Shown here: one piece after another, positions 36,175-46,706 of the stretch
Layout of the letters: each line of letters begins with the position of its first letter
Numbering within the stretch: the first letter of the stretch is position 1
Virus record (IMG/VR): IMGVR_UViG_3300031992_000019
Reading direction: 5' to 3' (one strand)
From: a virus
Lineage: Duplodnaviria > Caudoviricetes
Length of the DNA: 64,000 bases
Notes under the pieces: model-generated
Told to the model about the DNA's origin: nothing
Seen by the model: the letters and a program-made list of their open reading frames with translations, nothing else
The model's database searches: none
Program-made: the position numbers and the translations under genes

Positions 36175-38895
36175 TTAATAGCCGAGATGGGATATCCTGT
36201 CGGCGACATATCGGGCGAAGTACTCGTTGGTGGACGTCTTCAGGTGGACAGCCTGGTTGCCCTCGAAGAGCTGCAGCGGCGGATATCCGGCTGACATGGA
36301 TGCCTTGTCGGCAGACGTGAGGGTCAGGCCCATCTCCTTCCAGCAGTAGTCCTTCAACCAGAGGCGGGCGTTGATGAAGCGCTCACCGAACTCGTGCTCG
36401 CACAAGCTCTCATACTTCTCATAGAAGGCCTTGGTGTAGTATGTCGGGAGGTCGCCACAGAAGAAGCCGATCACAATCATCTCGCCTGCCATGTAGGAGA
36501 ACATGCGCTTCATGACGTCGAACAGGTTCGCGGCACGCTGTTCATCCGTCTGGTCGCCTCTGAGGTCGTTGTCGGCCACGTAGTTGGCGTTATAGTTGAG
36601 ATATCCGCCGTTGGTACCCATGAGGCAGACGAGAAGGCTGCTTCTCACGCGCTGCACCTTCTGAGGAACTATCTCGGTCGGTTCCTTCAACGTGACGGCC
36701 GAACCTGCAGAAGAGCGGAGGAAGTAGGTCTTGTCGTCGTCCGTTGACGTGTAGAGGTCGCCCTCGATGCCTGCGATGGAGCAGTAGAAGTGGTTGGTCT
36801 GCACGAACATCGGGCAGGTGTACTGGTTCTGAGGAGCCGGAGAAGATGGCACGCCGTCGGAACCGTAGCCCTGCTTGAACAGGATCCTGGGCGTGACCTG
36901 TACCTCGACAGCCGTGGCCGTGGCCGGGATGGTGACTGGCATGGCCAGACAGGGGATGGCTCCCATTCGGGCAGCAGTGGCGAAGACGTTCTCGGAACCG
37001 ACACCCATGCGGAAGATGCGACGGGGTGTCTTCAGCATGGAGCCTTCGAGAGACTCACCCAAGCCCTGGGCGGTGGAATCTCCACAAAGGACGATGGCCT
37101 TGGTGCCGAGATTGCCGTCGAGTTCGGAGTCGCTGAGACAGTACAGCTCACAGTTCTCATCGTCGATGGTGCGGAAATTGTTGACCCAAAGCGTGCCATC
37201 CTGCTGGACCTCGATGAAGGAATCGGCGAAGACGGTGTTGGTCTGTTCCTGTCGGGAGCTCTGCTGCACGGCTGTGCCATTTGCGAAGATGGCCCAAGCC
37301 AGGCCACTGTACCCGCCGGTGGATGCGTGACGAAGCATGAACTTCTCGCCCTTGTGGACTGCGAGGTGGAAGCAGCGGAAGTAGCTGTTGCCGATAGTGG
37401 TGTCGAGAATCAGCACGTCGTTGACATATCGGAGGACCTTGGGGGCGTCGAAGCCGTCGAACTCGACGAGCTGACGGAACAGCACCTTGTCGGCTGCTGT
37501 GATGGCTGCATCGTGGCGAAGGATGGCTGCACCCGAGTCGGCGAGGGCTTCGATGACCGGGCGGGGGTATTCCTCGGCAACTTCATCGTGATAGCCGAAG
37601 CCCAGATAGAGGATGCAGTCGGAGTCGGCGATGAGCTCGAAGGGCGTGCCCGGCTGACGGTAGTCGATGTTGCCTGACCACTTGAGCAGAACCCCATCGC
37701 CATCGGTGAGCGCCCAGGACATGAAGCTGAAGGCAGAGCTGCTCGCGCCTGAGACCTTCACGTAGGCGCCCTTGTCCAGTGCCTTGACCATGTAGCCGTT
37801 GTTGGTGTTGCCTCCCGTCGGGAAGGACAGGACACCATCCTCGACGGTGAGATACTTGCCGGTGACGATGGAGTCGGGGTCGATGGTCTGGTGCAGTGAC
37901 CTGGCATTGATAAGCGAGAGGGAAGCAGTTACACCCTGGCTCCTTGCATTAAGATCTGCGGCTCGGTAGAATGACGGCTTCGGACGGGTGTCGGACTGCG
38001 AGTTGTAGTAGCCGAAGGATGCGTAGAGCGTGCCAGTGGCCTGGCAGATGACCACGGTGTCGGCCAGCAGGGAATTGGTGGAGCCCGATCCGCGCTGGAC
38101 GATGCCTTCGCTGTTCAGAATCGTCCAGTAGGCATTGCCAAATCCTCCGAGGCAGGCGTTGACGATCTTGATGACGTCTCCCCTGTTGACAGGGATGGAG
38201 CAGACTCCGTTGTTGGTGTTGCCGCCGCTGTATATGGCATCCTCGATGTGGCCTTTCTCGAGACCCTTGTTGTCGATATACACGCCCGTCTGGACGATGG
38301 CCACTTCGGGGACCTCGGAGAAGGTGGTGGTGGTCTTGATGGCGGTGTCCGTCTTGTCGAGCGTGACGTTCTGGGACGTGGCCTTTGTGACGACAGGGAT
38401 GTCGGCATTGTACTGCATATAGACGTACAGCGTGCCATCGGCCTCGACATCTATGCGATAGGTGGGAGTTGCACCCGACTGCACATTCTCGTCGGCGTGC
38501 TGAAGTACCTGGTTATTGCTCCCGAGGATAGCCCATGGGAGGGATTCGTAGGAGCCGATATTGTAGGAGGAGACGTAGATCACGTCGCCGGCAGACACGG
38601 GGATAGTGCCGCACACATTGTTGGAGTTGCCTCCGGACACCCACGTCACGTCCCCATCCACGAGGCGCATGATGTGGGAGGGCTTGGCCGTGGAAGAGAA
38701 CCCGACGGTCTTCACGCCAACCTGAGCAGCGACGGCAGCAACTTCGGAGGCTGTCTTCTCAAGTAGTTGGCCCTTCATAATCTCACGGACCAGTACGAAC
38801 GTCTCGCCCACGAGCTGGGGGCTGACGGATTCGGCCTGTTCGGCTTCGCTGATCTGGAGGATCTTCGCCTGCAGCAGTTCGTCTTTTGTTGCCAT
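36175..38895 (-). CDS. Tail protein with four repeated beta domains and a C-terminal SGNH esterase
   Basis: Repeated GGNxNN...GDVI...W units; LCGDSTAQG, MGTNGG, AVHL. Confidence 0.75.
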   Translation of the reverse strand: MATKDELLQAKILQISEAEQAESVSPQLVGETFVLVREIMKGQLLEKTASEVAAVAAQVGVKTVGFSSTAKPSHIMRLVDGDVTWVSGGNSNNVCGTIPVSAGDVIYVSSYNIGSYESLPWAILGSNNQVLQHADENVQSGATPTYRIDVEADGTLYVYMQYNADIPVVTKATSQNVTLDKTDTAIKTTTTFSEVPEVAIVQTGVYIDNKGLEKGHIEDAIYSGGNTNNGVCSIPVNRGDVIKIVNACLGGFGNAYWTILNSEGIVQRGSGSTNSLLADTVVICQATGTLYASFGYYNSQSDTRPKPSFYRAADLNARSQGVTASLSLINARSLHQTIDPDSIVTGKYLTVEDGVLSFPTGGNTNNGYMVKALDKGAYVKVSGASSSAFSFMSWALTDGDGVLLKWSGNIDYRQPGTPFELIADSDCILYLGFGYHDEVAEEYPRPVIEALADSGAAILRHDAAITAADKVLFRQLVEFDGFDAPKVLRYVNDVLILDTTIGNSYFRCFHLAVHKGEKFMLRHASTGGYSGLAWAIFANGTAVQQSSRQEQTNTVFADSFIEVQQDGTLWVNNFRTIDDENCELYCLSDSELDGNLGTKAIVLCGDSTAQGLGESLEGSMLKTPRRIFRMGVGSENVFATAARMGAIPCLAMPVTIPATATAVEVQVTPRILFKQGYGSDGVPSSPAPQNQYTCPMFVQTNHFYCSIAGIEGDLYTSTDDDKTYFLRSSAGSAVTLKEPTEIVPQKVQRVRSSLLVCLMGTNGGYLNYNANYVADNDLRGDQTDEQRAANLFDVMKRMFSYMAGEMIVIGFFCGDLPTYYTKAFYEKYESLCEHEFGERFINARLWLKDYCWKEMGLTLTSADKASMSAGYPPLQLFEGNQAVHLKTSTNEYFARYVADRISHLGY

Positions 38896-38896
38896 A

Positions 38897-40081
38897 TTAC
38901 ATAAATTGTTCGGTGAATTGTTCGGTGAAAATGCGCGGCTTCACGAATGCGCCGTCGATGAAGCAGAAGCCGGTGAGGGATTCGCCCTCGACCATGCGGA
39001 GGGTGATGTCGTAGGACTGGGGCTCGGTGGGGAGGAGCGGGACGTTGAGCTCCTCACAGGATGGGATGACGCGCCACTCCTCGTCATCGACCACGAGACG
39101 GACATCATCGGAGGCGAGCATGTCGCGGAGCATGAGGATCTCTGGGATTCGCTTGATGCCGGAGGGGACGGTGATGGACTCGACCACAGACTGACGTTCG
39201 CGGATGTTGACGTAGGAGTCGGTGAGCGGGTCGTACTGGAGGGAGACGGTGGACTCCTCGGTGTCGGTCTCCGGGTCGGCTGTCATTACTGCACGGCCTG
39301 CCAGCTCGATGCACTCGTAGAACCCGAGGGATGAGCGGAAGCGGATGAGATATCGCTCGGGGGACGGGACAGCCTGCTCGATGGCGATGCAGGAGGCGAG
39401 GGTGAGCGAAGGGCCAGCGACTTCGGTGTAGATGCGGAAGCAGTTGCAGATGGTGCCGTATTCTTCGATGAAGTATTCGCGGATGGCCTTGATGTCGAGT
39501 CCGTAGAGGTTGCCAGGCGTGCCGGAGAGCGTGATCCGCTTGGAGTGGTCGTCGAAGGCGTGGACGTCGATGTTGCCCGTGCCTCCGGATGGCATGAAGA
39601 ACATCAGAGGCGTGTCGAGCTCGGTCTCCTTGATGGAGATGCGCCATCCGTTGGAGCGGACTGTGTAGAAGAAATTGCCGTTTGTGACGTCCTTCTTGGC
39701 GAAAAACGTGGTGCCTTCCTCCTCCATGGAGCGGAAGAGGCGCTTGGTGATACCTCCACGGACGGCCGTGAACTGCTTGGACCAGGTGGTGCCGTCGGAG
39801 TCGGCGACGGTGACCAGGCATGGCAGGATGTGGTCTGTGGTACGGTAGGGCGTGAGCAGGTAGGGATAGCCGGTAGCAGACGAGACCCACGTGTTGAAAT
39901 CGGTGAACCTGCCACGAAGGACCTCTGAGAGGTTGACCGTGAACGACCCGGACGATATTCCCCGGAAGGCCACATAACCGTTGCACACCACCTGATAGGT
40001 GGCGTGGTCGGCGGCATAGACCTCGAGCTGGATGGGATTGTCGGCGAAGGCTTTCGAGCCGACAGATAGGCTGCATGTCAT
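38897..40081 (-). CDS. Tail tip/distal tail protein
   Basis: FRSSLGFYE...LASDDV motifs; C-terminal IFTEQFTEQF. Confidence 0.55.
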   Translation of the reverse strand: MTCSLSVGSKAFADNPIQLEVYAADHATYQVVCNGYVAFRGISSGSFTVNLSEVLRGRFTDFNTWVSSATGYPYLLTPYRTTDHILPCLVTVADSDGTTWSKQFTAVRGGITKRLFRSMEEEGTTFFAKKDVTNGNFFYTVRSNGWRISIKETELDTPLMFFMPSGGTGNIDVHAFDDHSKRITLSGTPGNLYGLDIKAIREYFIEEYGTICNCFRIYTEVAGPSLTLASCIAIEQAVPSPERYLIRFRSSLGFYECIELAGRAVMTADPETDTEESTVSLQYDPLTDSYVNIRERQSVVESITVPSGIKRIPEILMLRDMLASDDVRLVVDDEEWRVIPSCEELNVPLLPTEPQSYDITLRMVEGESLTGFCFIDGAFVKPRIFTEQFTEQFM

Positions 40082-40085
40082 ATCG

Positions 40086-40286
40086 TCAGGAATACGTGGG
40101 GATACAGAATGGGCCGTCGAACGTCAGTTCGCTGCTACGGCTTCGCAACCAGCGGAGACGGTCGGCAGATGGGGTGGTCATGAACTGGGCGAAGGTTCCG
40201 GTATAGCCCGGGAACATTGCAGCCCATTCGGCCTCGATGGCGGGCGTGACCTCGGTCTGTGGGGCGGTGATGATGTTCTGTGCCAT
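40086..40286 (-). CDS. Small hypothetical protein with its own promoter
   Basis: 66 aa, directly after the promoter at 40297-40337. Confidence 0.6.
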   Translation of the reverse strand: MAQNIITAPQTEVTPAIEAEWAAMFPGYTGTFAQFMTTPSADRLRWLRSRSSELTFDGPFCIPTYS

Positions 40287-40296
40287 GATGTTTTTT

Positions 40297-40337
40297 CGAT
40301 GCAAAGATATACATTATATGTATATGGGAAAAGTACA
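40297..40337 (-). promoter_or_regulatory. Phage B late-type promoter
   Basis: TGTACTTT-N20-TATCTTTGCATCG. Confidence 0.7.
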
Positions 40338-40401
40338 AATCCGGAGGCGAAGGCTGAGCCGACGGAGGGCGAAGGTGGAACCTTCGCTTGCGGGGAAGGG
40401 G

Positions 40402-43008
40402 TCAGGAGTCGATCTCGGCGGTGAGGTAGATGTCGATGCGGTCGGCGGGGAAGGAACCGGCGAAGTCGAAGGTGTCGAGACCCGTGGACTCGTAGGCCGT
40501 GAGGTTGGCGATGGTCTTGCCTCGAAGGACGAAGCGCTTGGTGTCGGTGGCCGTGGCTGGCGGGAGGAGCGTGGCCATGTACTCGTCGAGCGTCTGGCCG
40601 ACATATTCGAGGCGGTAGGAGTTGAGGACGGTGGTGACACCGGAGATCTGCTCCCATTCGGCACGGATGGCCTCGGCACGGGTTGCCTGGTCCCAGTTGG
40701 GGGTGATGGCAGATGCCACCCACCGGTAGGTGTTGCCTTCGGCCTGCTGGAGGTTGGGGATGGACTGCTCGACATCGAGGTCGTATGGGCCGACGAGGCG
40801 GAGGGTGCGGAACGTGAGATCGACGGGGAGACGGGAGCCGCTGGGGAGCGAATAGGACATCTTATCGACGAGCATCGGCTGACCCTGGAAGAGGGCAGGC
40901 TTCATGATGTCGAACTGCATGACATCGGCGGGCGTGGATGCGACAGTCACCTCGACCTGGTTGTTGGCGTGTCGAAGCATAGCATCGTATTCACGCCAAT
41001 AGTGGGCGAAGAGACCGGTGTCGAACTGCCAGAGGAGAGTGTGCTCGGCGTACTGGTTGGCAGATGCGAGACCGACGGCCGACGTGTCGCCCGACGAAGG
41101 TACACAGATGACGAGCATGGCTGCACCTTCGGGCATTGTGACGACTGCGCCCACATCTGATCGCCCGTTGGCCGGACTGGGGTCGGAAGCCGAAGCGATG
41201 AGGGCGGCGCGTAGGGCTTGGTCGGTGGCGGCGTTCTCGGCCAATGTGATGACTTCATCATATACGGCCCAGCACAACGAGGCGTTGACGGAATTGCTCA
41301 TGAGTCCGGACATCCTCACGATGTCGCCTTCCTGCACTGCGAAGGCGAGCAGCGTGTTGGTGCCGTCGCCGACGAGGACGTTGCCGCTCAGTCCTGGTGT
41401 GGCATCGCCGAAGATTCGGGCAGAGGGGAGCGTCTGGATGGCTTCGTCCTTGATGTCGTGGTAGGCCTGCAGCTTCACACGTTCGCCCCATGGGGTGTGG
41501 ACCAGGGTAGAGCCGAAGGTGTAGCAGTTGCGCGGACGGATGTAGGCGAGGCAGAATGAGAGGGGTGTCTCGTTGATGGCCTCGTTCTCCTCAGAGACAT
41601 CGACGTCGCTGGACTTGATCTCGGTGTAGCGGTGGACGTAGCCAGTGAGGAACAGCGGATTGAGGATGCCGTTGAGGGCGAAGTCCATGGGCAGCATCTC
41701 GTCGGTGGCGCTGACCTCTTCGGTGGCCACGCCGTCGGATTCGCGGTCCCAGTCGAAGTTGGCGCTTCCTACATAGGCCTGCAGACCTGACACCTCGTCG
41801 TACTTCCAGATCTTGCCGGTGCATCGCTCGAACATGATCCAGGCGGGCTGAGCCATGTCGGAGCGGACACGGGCGACGCTCTTGATCTGCCCGCTGCTGT
41901 AGCGGATGAAGGACTCGAAGCGGTCGTTGGGAGGGGCAGCGCCTTCGAGGCTCTTGTTGGAGGATAGACGGACCTGTCGCGGCTCCTCGTAGGTGATGAA
42001 GGGCTCACGGATGCGGGAGTTGGTGAGGTCGATGTCGGGCTGATCAACGGGCTTGGCGAGGTCGCGTAGGAAGAACAGACGGGCCTCGGCCGTGTTGGAG
42101 TCGGTGACATAGACGAGCCCGAACTTGGCACGAAGGGCCTGCATGAAATCCTCGATGGTGCAGTCGGGCATCAGATCGGAGTAGTGGAGCGTCCCGGTGC
42201 AGCAACAGTCAGCGGCATTGTTCAGGATGACCAGGCGACGGAGGGTGTCGTCTTCGCGGAAGGGGTTGCTCCTGAGCGTGTAGCCGTAGGCATCGAAGAT
42301 GAGCTCGATGACCTTCCAGACGTAGAGGAACGGGGTGACGCCGTAGCCTGCAGGGAGGCTGACCTGTACCTCCTCACCGTTGACGAGGATGGTGTTGGTT
42401 CGGGCCTGCCACACCAGAGACTGGGGGACCTGCGTCCAGTCGCCGGCATCGGTGTCGGGGTCGGTGACGGTCATCTCGTTGAGGTACTCGTTGATCTTGG
42501 TGACCATCTCGATGCCTACGGATTCGGTCGTTGACTTCTCGACGATGTTGGTGGTGATCTGGAAGACTGCGAAGTCGGGGTCGGCTTCGAGGCCGTTCAT
42601 TACGTTCTCCATCCGCTGACAGAGGTCGGCGACGGATGCGGCCTCGTAGGTGGGGAGGTTGAGCGAAGAAAGGCGCATTGCACGCCACGCCTGGTAGGCC
42701 GTGGACGTATCGAGCCCGACGTTGAACTCGTAGCCCTCGGAACGACCTGCAGATACCAGGTGTATCTTGCCGCGACGGAGATATACGCCATCGGAGATGG
42801 TGCAGGAGTCGTCATCGCTGAGCGGACGTGCAGCCATGTCCACACGGTGCGCCTGCCCGAAGATCTTGGCATTCTGCGGCGTGCAGGGGACTGTGACGGG
42901 GATGGACTGCGAGCCTCGGTCGTTGGTGGCGGGGTTGGTCTCCTCGAGGGCGAGGCGGAACTGACTGGAGAGGTCGAGATATCCGCGTGAGGTCTCAATC
43001 TTGGTCAT
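40402..43008 (-). CDS. Tail hub/baseplate protein
   Basis: Follows the TMP; GSQSIPVTVPCTPQNAKIFG N-terminal motif. Confidence 0.65.
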   Translation of the reverse strand: MTKIETSRGYLDLSSQFRLALEETNPATNDRGSQSIPVTVPCTPQNAKIFGQAHRVDMAARPLSDDDSCTISDGVYLRRGKIHLVSAGRSEGYEFNVGLDTSTAYQAWRAMRLSSLNLPTYEAASVADLCQRMENVMNGLEADPDFAVFQITTNIVEKSTTESVGIEMVTKINEYLNEMTVTDPDTDAGDWTQVPQSLVWQARTNTILVNGEEVQVSLPAGYGVTPFLYVWKVIELIFDAYGYTLRSNPFREDDTLRRLVILNNAADCCCTGTLHYSDLMPDCTIEDFMQALRAKFGLVYVTDSNTAEARLFFLRDLAKPVDQPDIDLTNSRIREPFITYEEPRQVRLSSNKSLEGAAPPNDRFESFIRYSSGQIKSVARVRSDMAQPAWIMFERCTGKIWKYDEVSGLQAYVGSANFDWDRESDGVATEEVSATDEMLPMDFALNGILNPLFLTGYVHRYTEIKSSDVDVSEENEAINETPLSFCLAYIRPRNCYTFGSTLVHTPWGERVKLQAYHDIKDEAIQTLPSARIFGDATPGLSGNVLVGDGTNTLLAFAVQEGDIVRMSGLMSNSVNASLCWAVYDEVITLAENAATDQALRAALIASASDPSPANGRSDVGAVVTMPEGAAMLVICVPSSGDTSAVGLASANQYAEHTLLWQFDTGLFAHYWREYDAMLRHANNQVEVTVASTPADVMQFDIMKPALFQGQPMLVDKMSYSLPSGSRLPVDLTFRTLRLVGPYDLDVEQSIPNLQQAEGNTYRWVASAITPNWDQATRAEAIRAEWEQISGVTTVLNSYRLEYVGQTLDEYMATLLPPATATDTKRFVLRGKTIANLTAYESTGLDTFDFAGSFPADRIDIYLTAEIDS

Positions 43009-46000
43009 CGGCGGGTGAAGTAATTACGGGCATTGTCTAAGGTGCGCTGCTTATCCTCGAGGTCGGTGAGCACGACGTAGGCACGGATCTTCTCGATGGA
43101 GCGTGCAGCCTGTGCGAGGTCGCGGGTGGCCTGGGAGAGGGCAGCCAGAGAAGGCTGGGACTGGAATGAGGGCGAAGGCGAAACCTCCGCTTGCTGAGAA
43201 GTGGGGCCTCCCTTGGCATAGCCGTGGAGGTGCTGCTGACGAAGGGCCTCGATGTTGCCGATAGCGTCGAGGACGAAGGCATCCTGCATGAGGAACTGAG
43301 GCACGACGTACTCGTTGCGGTGAACCACGCCTGCCACTTCGAGCGTGCCACCACTGCCTGTGGGACCACCCTGAGAGAATCCGTTCTTCAGGGCGCGGGT
43401 AGCGGTTGCAGGACTCGAAGATGACGAGGACGAGGAACTGACCGATTCGGGGAGGGACTTGATGCGCTGGTACTCCTTCCAGGCTGTGGCCTGCTGCATG
43501 AGGCCTGTGGCTCCGATCATGGCGGCGGCAATGTTGCCGGCAATGGGACCGAGTTGGGCGTAGGCCAGCATGATGGCGACAGCCGTGTCGGCAATGATCT
43601 GAGAGGTCTTCACAAGAAATTCAGAGAGGGCGTACTTCTTCTGAATCTTCAGCTTGGCGTTGGCCTTCTCGGTCTCGAGCTGTTCGGTCTCTCGGCCTTC
43701 GTTCTGTGCCTGCTGGATGAGGACATCGTACTTGGCATCGGATTGGGCGATCTCGTAGTTGGAGATGGACGACACGAGGTCGGTCATCAGCTGGGAGTAG
43801 TACTGGGCATACTGGGCAGCATACTGCACCTGCAGCTGCTTCTTCTTTCGCTGGTACTGCTGCTCGGTGATGAGTTCCTGACGCTTGAGATGCTTGAGCT
43901 GGAGGAGTTCGTTGTCGAACTGCTGCTGCCACGTTACGCCCACCTGCTGCTGGAGCTGGAAGAGCTTCTGGAGATAGTCGTAGTTGAGCTGCTCGAGTTC
44001 CTGGTTCTCCTGACGCTTGAGGTTGGTGGCGTCGAGCTTGTTCTGCTCAGCGAGGGTGATGATGGCATCGTAGGCGGCCTTGACCTCCTGGATCTGTCGC
44101 TCGTAACGAGCCTGCAGGCCTTCGAGGCCTGTCTTCTCGTCGGCCATGCGTGAGAGCTGGGCCGTGAGCTTGAGACGTTCGGCTGCAAGATGGCGGGACT
44201 CGGTGAGGATCTGAGCGGATGCCTCCTTGACAGCCTTGACACGGGCTTCGTCGGTCTTCCACTCGGCGGCCTCGATGTTGTCGAGGTTCTCACGGGCGAG
44301 ACGGACACGTTCCTGAGCCACGGCGGTCTCGACTGCCTGCATCTCGACCTGCTTGGCCACCTGCGAAGCTGAGGAGCGACGGATGATATCGGCCTGACGG
44401 TCGGCAGCGTCTTCGGCCATCTTGAGGCGTTCGTCGTAGCCCTTCTTCAGTTCGTGGGTGAGTTCGCGGTCGGACTCCTTGGCGGCTCGTTCGGCTTCGC
44501 GGGCTTCGGCCTTGGCATCCCTCATCGCCTGAGTGGTTCCACCTGTGAGCAGGCGAAGACGTTCGGTCGCCTCCTGGATCTGCGCGTTGAACCGTGCCAA
44601 CTTGGTGGAATCGGTCTCAGCGTCGCGGAGCTTCTTGAGTTCCTTGATGTGCTTCTTGAGCTGCTCGATGTTCATCATCTCGATGTCGAGCTGCTCGTTG
44701 GCTGCGTTGGCGGCATTGGTGCCGGATGTTCCTGCCTGCTCGACTGCATCCTTGATGTCCTTGAGCTTGCCTTCGAGGTCAGCGATGGCGGCATTGGTGG
44801 CATCGACGGCCTCCTGCGCCTTCCTCAGATCCTCGGCGGCGGTGTTGACCGGAGTATAGGCAGCGTTGCCGCCACCTGATATGATGACGCGGCCGGGCGT
44901 GTATGCCTTGGCACGGGAGCGGGCCTCGTTGACTGCTCGCTCCTGTTCGAGGCGCTTGTCGTAGAGCTTGTCGAGTTCCTGCTGGGTGGCTTCGAGGTCG
45001 ATGCCGCGTGCCTTGGCTGCCAGGTATTCGTTGAGAGCCTTGGTGGATGCCTTGGTGAGACGGCCTTCGCGGTCGAGTTCGATGTTATAGAGACCCGTGA
45101 GCCTGCGAAGCTCGTCAATCGGGGTCAGGCCGTTGTTGACTTCTCGGATGAGCTGTCGGATGGGGTTGATGGTGTCCTTTGTGGCTGCGGCAACCCTTTC
45201 CTGGACAGCGGCCTCGGCTGCGAGTGTGGCCTTGACCTTCTCGGTAACTCCTACGAGGTTGCCCAACCACTTGACGAAAGCTGTGAGCGTGTCGATGACG
45301 CCCTTCATGATGCCTCGGCTGTTGTAGAAGTTGAGCATCAGACCCTCCCACGCGGACGAGAGGGACTTGAGCGAGCCGGAGACGTTGTTGGCCATTTCGT
45401 CGGCCATCGCGTTGAAGGCATCTTCGGCACCGGTGACTGAGCGGTTGAGTTCGAGGATGGTCTTGCCACCTTTCAGGAAGGTGTTGAAGGCTGCGACGGA
45501 GCGCTTGTCGGTGAGTTCGAGCGTCTTCGCCAGGTCGATGCCTTCCTCGTTGAGCTTCTGCAATCCATCTACCAGCTCGTAGATATCGGTGACGGGCTTG
45601 CCAAGAGCCTGGGCGAGTTTGCCGTTGGCGTTAGCCAAATTGAGGAGGATGTTGCGGGTGGCGGTGGCTGCACTGCTTGCCTCAAAGCCTGCATTCGACA
45701 GGGCACCGAGGAGGGAAACCGTTTCTTCCAGGGAAAAGCCGAAAGCGTTGGCGACAGGGCCGACGGTGGACATTGCCGACTGGAGGTAGGAGAACGAGAG
45801 GGCCGACTTGGTGCAACCTACAGCAGCGGAAGCGAGGGCGCGTTCTGCCTGGTTGGCATCCATCTCGAAGATGCGGAGGGTGGAACCGGCAAAAGCTGCA
45901 GCACTGGCCAGATCTGTGCCGACGGCCGTGGCGAACTTCAGTACAGATGGCGTCATCTCCTTGATGGCCTGCTTGCCGAAGCCCAGCTTGGCGAGTTCGA

Positions 46001-46694
46001 TCTGCAGGGAGGTGACTTGTGAGGCGGTGTAGGCGGTGGTGGCTCCGAGTCGGCGGGCTTCGGCCGTGAGGTCTGCGATGCCGTCCTTGGTGGTTCCGAG
46101 GATGGCTGCGAGGACGGAGTTGGCCTTCTCGAACTCGATGATCTTGTCGATGGCCTGGCGGAAGGCTCCGACGAGAGCAGCACCAGCAGCTACAGCGAGG
46201 CCACCGAAGAATCCCGTCACGGCCGTCCTGAGACCTCCTATCTTCTGGAGTGCTCCGGCAAAGAGGCCAGTCGAACCGGATGCACCGTGCATGGCCTGCT
46301 CGGTACGCTTGATTTCGGCCGTTAACGCCTTCCATCGTTCGGGTTCGGTGGCTCGGGATGTGTCCTTGAGTTCCTTCTTGAGCGTCTTGAGGCGCTTCTC
46401 GAGCTGGCCCGCCGTCATCTCGTTGAGGTTCATCCTCTGGGTGAGGGCCTCCATCTTCTGACGGTTGGTCTCGAGCTCCTTTCGGTTCTCCTTCAGGGCG
46501 GTGTCCAGGCGTTTCCACTCCTCAGACCCCTTTCGGCCTTGGGCTGCGAGGTCGGTCATGGACTTGCGTAGGGCGTCCTGCTGCTTCTTCAGCTCCTTGG
46601 AGGAGTCCTGCAGGTTGCGCATCTCCTTCTGCGCGTCGGAGCCGTTGATTTTGAGTGACCAGGTAATGACGTCGGGGGTCAGTTTTTTTGCCAT
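43005..46694 (-). CDS. Tape measure protein of phage B (TP901-like core)
   Basis: FEKANS.LAAILG...LGATTAYTASQV...LAKLGF; C-terminal GF..GG.TG...AGVVHRNEYV. Confidence 0.9.
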   Translation of the reverse strand: MAKKLTPDVITWSLKINGSDAQKEMRNLQDSSKELKKQQDALRKSMTDLAAQGRKGSEEWKRLDTALKENRKELETNRQKMEALTQRMNLNEMTAGQLEKRLKTLKKELKDTSRATEPERWKALTAEIKRTEQAMHGASGSTGLFAGALQKIGGLRTAVTGFFGGLAVAAGAALVGAFRQAIDKIIEFEKANSVLAAILGTTKDGIADLTAEARRLGATTAYTASQVTSLQIELAKLGFGKQAIKEMTPSVLKFATAVGTDLASAAAFAGSTLRIFEMDANQAERALASAAVGCTKSALSFSYLQSAMSTVGPVANAFGFSLEETVSLLGALSNAGFEASSAATATRNILLNLANANGKLAQALGKPVTDIYELVDGLQKLNEEGIDLAKTLELTDKRSVAAFNTFLKGGKTILELNRSVTGAEDAFNAMADEMANNVSGSLKSLSSAWEGLMLNFYNSRGIMKGVIDTLTAFVKWLGNLVGVTEKVKATLAAEAAVQERVAAATKDTINPIRQLIREVNNGLTPIDELRRLTGLYNIELDREGRLTKASTKALNEYLAAKARGIDLEATQQELDKLYDKRLEQERAVNEARSRAKAYTPGRVIISGGGNAAYTPVNTAAEDLRKAQEAVDATNAAIADLEGKLKDIKDAVEQAGTSGTNAANAANEQLDIEMMNIEQLKKHIKELKKLRDAETDSTKLARFNAQIQEATERLRLLTGGTTQAMRDAKAEAREAERAAKESDRELTHELKKGYDERLKMAEDAADRQADIIRRSSASQVAKQVEMQAVETAVAQERVRLARENLDNIEAAEWKTDEARVKAVKEASAQILTESRHLAAERLKLTAQLSRMADEKTGLEGLQARYERQIQEVKAAYDAIITLAEQNKLDATNLKRQENQELEQLNYDYLQKLFQLQQQVGVTWQQQFDNELLQLKHLKRQELITEQQYQRKKKQLQVQYAAQYAQYYSQLMTDLVSSISNYEIAQSDAKYDVLIQQAQNEGRETEQLETEKANAKLKIQKKYALSEFLVKTSQIIADTAVAIMLAYAQLGPIAGNIAAAMIGATGLMQQATAWKEYQRIKSLPESVSSSSSSSSSPATATRALKNGFSQGGPTGSGGTLEVAGVVHRNEYVVPQFLMQDAFVLDAIGNIEALRQQHLHGYAKGGPTSQQAEVSPSPSFQSQPSLAALSQATRDLAQAARSIEKIRAYVVLTDLEDKQRTLDNARNYFTRR

Positions 46695-46706
46695 TTGGTT
46701 TTATTT

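Noticed and set aside
30700-39000. Diversity-generating retroelement near the tail fibres
   Set aside because: No reverse transcriptase motif and no TR/VR pair with A-specific mismatches seen
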